A DNA stretch of 24,032 bases, taken from the IMG/VR virus record IMGVR_UViG_3300035208_002853, positions 1 to 24,032 of that record; one strand, given 5' to 3'. The translations under genes and the position numbers were made by a program. Positions 23,426 through 24,032 of this stretch are shown in pieces; positions within the stretch are counted from its first letter, which is position 1; each line of letters begins with the position of its first letter. Origin of the DNA: a virus. Its lineage: Duplodnaviria; Heunggongvirae; Uroviricota; Caudoviricetes. The notes beneath the pieces were generated by a model. It ran no database searches. It was not told the DNA's origin and saw only the letters and a list, made by a program, of their open reading frames with translations.

Positions 23426-23815
23426 TTATATTTCCTCCAATCTTTCCATGTAATATTTCTCTTCTTCCGGAGGAACAAATTCGTTATTTAAAAACGGACT
23501 AATCAGATCAGACAGTTCCTCTCTTGTTAGCGCATGTACAATTATGTTCCTTTTTTCGCACCCATTTGCCGTACAAGTAGTTCTGGATTTTCCTCCAATG
23601 TACCATTGCAACCCACTACATTTCGGACACTTTATAAGTCTCGGACGATTACCCAGAGGCTCGATCTCGATGGGTGTCACGGTAGATTTACACTTAGAAC
23701 ACGCTGTCTTTTCACTACCTTGATACCAAGTCCTCCAAAACCAAGGTTCTTGACATTTGGGGCATTGTACGGATTTTGGCATCGGGAGCAAAATAGGATT
23801 ATTAGGAATAAACAT
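23426..23815 (-). CDS. Zn-ribbon repeat protein
   Basis: CPKC..CSKC and CPKC..CTANGC, two similar modules. Confidence 0.6.
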   Translation of the reverse strand: MFIPNNPILLPMPKSVQCPKCQEPWFWRTWYQGSEKTACSKCKSTVTPIEIEPLGNRPRLIKCPKCSGLQWYIGGKSRTTCTANGCEKRNIIVHALTREELSDLISPFLNNEFVPPEEEKYYMERLEEI

Positions 23816-23929
23816 TTAAATCTCCTATCCCAGGCGGGCCGTTACGTCTCGAACAAAACCATTCCACCACGAATTCCAAGGAACCATCAGAAGCCTTCTG
23901 AGAGTTCCAATTTGAGAATGAGAAAGCAT

Positions 23930-24031
23930 CTACTCCCCTATCCCCGCATAAACATTCAATTCCTGAGCAATTGCCTTCCGCGCCTTATTAACGTCTCTCT
24001 TTCCTCCGCCGACAAGCTCGAGGTAACCTTC
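23930..24031 (-). CDS. 3' end of a gene truncated by the window edge
   Basis: Hand translation: ...EGYLELVGGGKRDVNKARKAIAQELNVYAGIGE*. A 34-codon ORF (23929-23825) follows directly. Confidence 0.4.
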   Translation of the reverse strand, partial: EGYLELVGGGKRDVNKARKAIAQELNVYAGIGE

Positions 24032-24032
24032 A

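Noticed and set aside
1-24032. Genome-wide TAG reassignment
   Set aside because: Long genes have no internal TAG under the standard code, and TAG ends real genes, such as the tail tube followed by a terminator. Only the local case at 6752 is reported.
1-24032. CRISPR array, tRNA/rRNA genes, integrase or att site
   Set aside because: None seen by eye. The 23-bp repeat has only two exact copies 555 bp apart. tRNAscan-SE was not run.

Overview
This 24 kb window comes from a tailed dsDNA virus (Caudoviricetes) or provirus. The host is probably archaeal, most likely a euryarchaeote or methanogen. That call is inferred from repeated BRE/TATA-like promoters, oligo-T terminators, a Pth2 gene and several ribbon-helix-helix proteins. 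The + strand carries a scrambled morphogenesis set: a probable tail tube (truncated at the 5' end), a tail-assembly chaperone with a candidate +1 frameshift, the terminase large subunit and a probable portal. The - strand carries an early/replication arm: a beta-class DNA methyltransferase, a fused uracil-DNA glycosylase/DnaE (family C) polymerase, an IsrB OMEGA nickase with its omegaRNA, NADAR, Pth2, a YkgJ-type Cys-cluster protein and many small ORFs. The most striking feature is an HNH endonuclease gene, with its own TATA promoter, lying antisense inside the methyltransferase gene. The methyltransferase frame stays open across the whole ~620 bp insert, and codon-pair counts suggest selection for dual coding. 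This looks like a homing element that avoids disrupting its host gene without being an intron or an intein. Three paralogous tandem double-HNH endonucleases also sit next to terL, portal and the polymerase. All calls come from motif recognition by eye; no database searches were run.
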